Shown here: one piece after another, positions 60,771-64,000 of the stretch | How positions within the stretch are numbered: position 1 is the stretch's first letter | How the letters are laid out: each line of letters starts with the position of its first letter | Assembly: GCA_038087875.1 (NCBI GenBank) | Contig: JAXLNO010005687.1 | Span: forward strand, 62,001 to 126,000 | Direction of reading: 5' to 3' | Source of the DNA: Malacoraja senta | Lineage: Eukaryota | DNA length: 64,000 nt | Notes under the pieces: generated by a model | What the model was told of the DNA's origin: nothing | The model's database searches: none | What the model saw: only the letters and a program-made list of their open reading frames with translations | Made by a program: the position numbers and the translations under genes

Positions 60771-61380
60771 CTGTTCTGACTATCTATCCTATCTATACCT
60801 CTCATAGTTTTATGTACTTCTATCCGGTGTCCCATCAAACTCCGGCATTGTAGCGGAAGCAATCCATGTCTGTCCATATGTTTCATGTAGCCAACACACC
60901 CTAGTTGAGGCATCATTCTTGTAAACCTCTGCACCCTTTCCAATGCCTCTACATCCTTTATGTAATGGGTCAACAAAAACTACACATAATACTCCAAATG
61001 TGGACTACCCAGCCCTATAAAACTGTATTATGACTTCCTGTCTCTAGAAACCCAAGATTCAACCCCAAGATCTCTCTGTAGATTAATGCTGTTAAGGGTC
61101 TTGCCAATGACTGTATACTTTTCCTTTACATTTGACCACTCAAAGTGTAACATACTTGCTCAAAATGAACTCCATTTGCAATTTTCTGCCCATTTCTGTA
61201 TCTGATGTATTTCCCATTGTACACTTGGGCAGCCTTCTTCACTGTTCGCAACTCCATCAATGTTGGTGGCACCTGCAAACTAACTAACCAACCCAACCAC
61301 TGGGTGGCGCCAGCAATGGCTGTCTCGCCAACAGTCTGTCTGTCCCTTCCTTCTTTGTGTTTTAACAGTTTGTGTTAAAT

Positions 61381-62225
61381 CAGGGGTTGGCAACCTACGG
61401 CCCAGATCCGGTCTGTAACTCGAAATCATCCGGCACGCAGGCGTAACACAAAACACACACAACACTTATCCGAGAGTAGTTCTCACACACACACACACAC
61501 AGCCAATTCCATATCACAATACCTGTCGACTCAAGGGCCTGTCCCACTGTACGAGCTAATTCAAGAGTTCTCCCGAGTTTCCCATGATTCGAACTCGGAG
61601 AATTACAGTAATAGCCGCTCGTAGGTACTCGGGGCTCTCGTGGACATTTTTCAACACGTTTAAAAATCTTCACGAGTCTTCACGAGCTTACCGCGTTTCC
61701 TGAGTACATGCCGTTAGCATTACGAGCCACTAAGAGACGTCCCGAGCTCCGACGTACCCGCTACGTACATTCTACGTACTTACCACGAGTTTGATTTTTT
61801 TTAAACTCGGGAGAGCTCTTGAATTACCTCGTACAGTGGGACAGGCCCTTAAATCTTTCTCCCCGTCCCTACCCTTCCACCCCCTCTTCCATCCTCCCGA
61901 CCACCCGAAGTGAAAGCGCCCCCCCCCCCACCTCGGTGCTGCGGCTTGTGTGAAACTGCAGCGGGATGAGAGCGACTTCGACAACGCTGTGCTGGAGCGG
62001 TTTCTTCGGGAGCCCAGCGGTGGACGGGCTGGAGGAAAACAAAGCATCAGCGAGGTCGGTGAGCAATTCCGCTCCGGCCACAGTGTTGCACTTTAGTCGT
62101 ATTTGTCCCTGGGGTAATTGTCTTTTTGTTACGATTTTTTAAAACTATAATGAATTAATTATTAACTATGGTGACAGATGTGGCCCTCCATCCACTCCTA
62201 TGCAGAACAAGGATGCTGACCCATG
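61381..62225. mobile_element. hAT (Charlie-like) MITE
   Basis: Imperfect TIRs (caggggttggcaacct versus catgggtcagcatcct, 12/16) and a perfect 8-bp TSD TGTTAAAT (61373-80, 62226-33). Confidence 0.8.
61534..61849. mobile_element. MITE (PIF/Harbinger- or Kolobok-like), copy 2
   Basis: TIRs agggcctgtcccactgtacgag / ctcgtacagtgggacaggccct. The interior is homologous to 7796-8125. Confidence 0.85.
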
Positions 62226-64000
62226 TGTTAAATGTATGTTTTTAGTGTTCTTTAGCTTGTTTTACGTGGGGTGGGGTGTGGGGTTGGGGGAAACCTTTTC
62301 TAATATCTTACCTCGATGGAGATGCGATTTTTTTCTGTATCGTATCTCGGTCCGCACTGCAGCCTAACATCCAGGAGTTGCCGTCCTTTGGTGGAGGCCG
62401 ACTTTTGACAGCTCCACCACGGGAGCCTGCGGAGTTACCATCACGCAGCTCACAATCTCTTTGCCAGGGATCGACCTCGGAGCTCCAACTGTGGGTGCTT
62501 GCGGATTTAACATCACGGAGCTCGCGGTCTCTGGTCAGAGACCGACCTCGGGAGCTCCAAGCCGCAGGTGCTTTGACCACCCCAACACAGGAGCTTCTAT
62601 CGCCCTGACACAGGTGCTTCAACTGCCCCGACCGCGGGAGAATAAAAAGAAAGAAGATTGGACTTTTTTGCCTTCCATCACAGTGAGTAATGTGGGAATC
62701 TGCCGTGGTGGATGTTTATGTTAACTTTTATGTCATTGTGTCTTGTTGCTTGTCTTGGGCCAGGGGTGGGATCCAGTACAGGCAAGGCCAACAACTTTAA
62801 TGACAATCAAAATAAGAATGCAAGGAAACAACAAGAGATCCAATCAGAACATAGACACAACATGCTGGAGTAACTCGTCGGGACAGGCAGCATTTCTGAA
62901 GAGAAGGAATGGGTGACATTTTGGGTCGAGACCCTTCTTCAGGCTGATGTCAGGGGAATGGGAGGTCGATAGATAAGGAAGTGTATAGATAAGGATGTGT
63001 AAGATGTGAAAACAGGACAAAGGGAATGGAGATCAAGGAAAATGTAGCAGCAAAGGAAAGAGATAAAGAAGGGAGACTCTCGGAAAAGATTGACAAGGGG
63101 GGAGATCTGCTACATAGTGAGAAGCTGTGGTAAATATATCACCTTTATTTAACAGCAAGCTGCTTCGATAAACAAATAAGTAACAAGCCAACAGATGGTT
63201 ACACTGATAAAGTTATACCAACAAGGGTGTTTGCAGGTTCAAGTGCAACATAAACTCTGGCCTTGAAGTATGATACTGTTTGGTTGGTTTCTGTGTGCGT
63301 ACACAATGAGATTCTTTACAATGTAAATCAGAATATGAAAAACGGAGAAAAAAGTAAAATATATAGATTCATTCTTGTAAAACCTTTCACAACATTTTAA
63401 AAACATTTAGAACCACTGAGTATTTCTTGAAATGTAAACACTATTGAATGAATAAACAGAGAACATTGAGCAGGATCACACAGGGATAAGCCCTAGCATC
63501 ACAACGTCTGTGCTGGCTATGTTGCCTTTACAAACTAATCCCATCTTCCTGCACATTGTCTATCCAGACTGAAGAAGGGCATCGATCCAAAACATCACCC
63601 AGTCCTTCTCTCCTGAGATGCTGCCTTTCCCGCTGAGTTACTCAAGATTTTTGTGTCTACCTTTGGTTTAAACCGGCATCTGCTGTTCCTTTCCACACAC
63701 CCCTTCATTTCCTCTCTGTTCACATGTCACGACCCAAGAGAGACAAGAGAAAGCTTCTTTAATGAAATGTCTAATTAAATGTTCCAACAACAGAACAATT
63801 ACATTATTACATGCAGCAGCCTAACAGGCCCATAAACAGAGTATAAATAGATAAACAAGATAATAATAAAAATAAAAAATAAAAGAGCCACTGTGTGGCG
63901 CGACAGTCAAAATCAATTTATTAGTTAACATAAAACATAGAGCAGTACCACATACATGCCTGTTTAAATGCCTTTAAACATTGCTATCATATCTGTTTCC

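Larger units (their letters stand above)
61295..62750 (+). mobile_element. GC-rich interspersed element interrupted by a hAT MITE
   Basis: The sequence ...gtttgtgttaaat|gtatgttttt... is continuous across the insertion. A GC-rich body follows at 62290-62650. Class is unknown. Confidence 0.45.

Overview
Vertebrate nuclear DNA, most likely a cartilaginous fish (skate/ray). This is inferred from the dense HE1-type V-SINEs, HER1-like CR1 LINEs and Penelope-derived repeats; the species cannot be confirmed here. There are no prokaryotic features, CRISPR arrays or true tRNA/rRNA genes. Most of the window is transposon debris (CR1, L1, Rex1/Babar, RTE-X, Penelope, hAT, Tc1, MITEs, a DIRS-like remnant), often nested, with several boundaries provable from TIRs and TSDs. 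Two host-type loci sit on the + strand. (1) A 17-unit C2H2 zinc-finger locus (19096-20514) broken by three frameshifts. (2) A divergent, nonclassical MHC class I heavy-chain gene (40694-~56507), reconstructed here as leader, alpha1, alpha2, alpha3 and TM exons joined by phase-1 introns, behind an X-Y-CCAAT (SXY-like) promoter. It has lost most peptide-anchoring residues and has a hydrophobic, Cys-rich predicted groove. It carries an in-frame TAG in alpha3 and a Tc1 insertion 13 nt before the TM exon. A candidate 45-nt cassette exon could encode a secreted isoform. Other points of interest: at least 12 minimal hammerhead-ribozyme-like motifs, palindromic/G4 minisatellites, tandem 90-bp monomers at a CR1 5' end, and teleost-like elements that are horizontal-transfer candidates. 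All family assignments come from motif recognition and recall, not database searches. Boundaries of decayed repeats are approximate.
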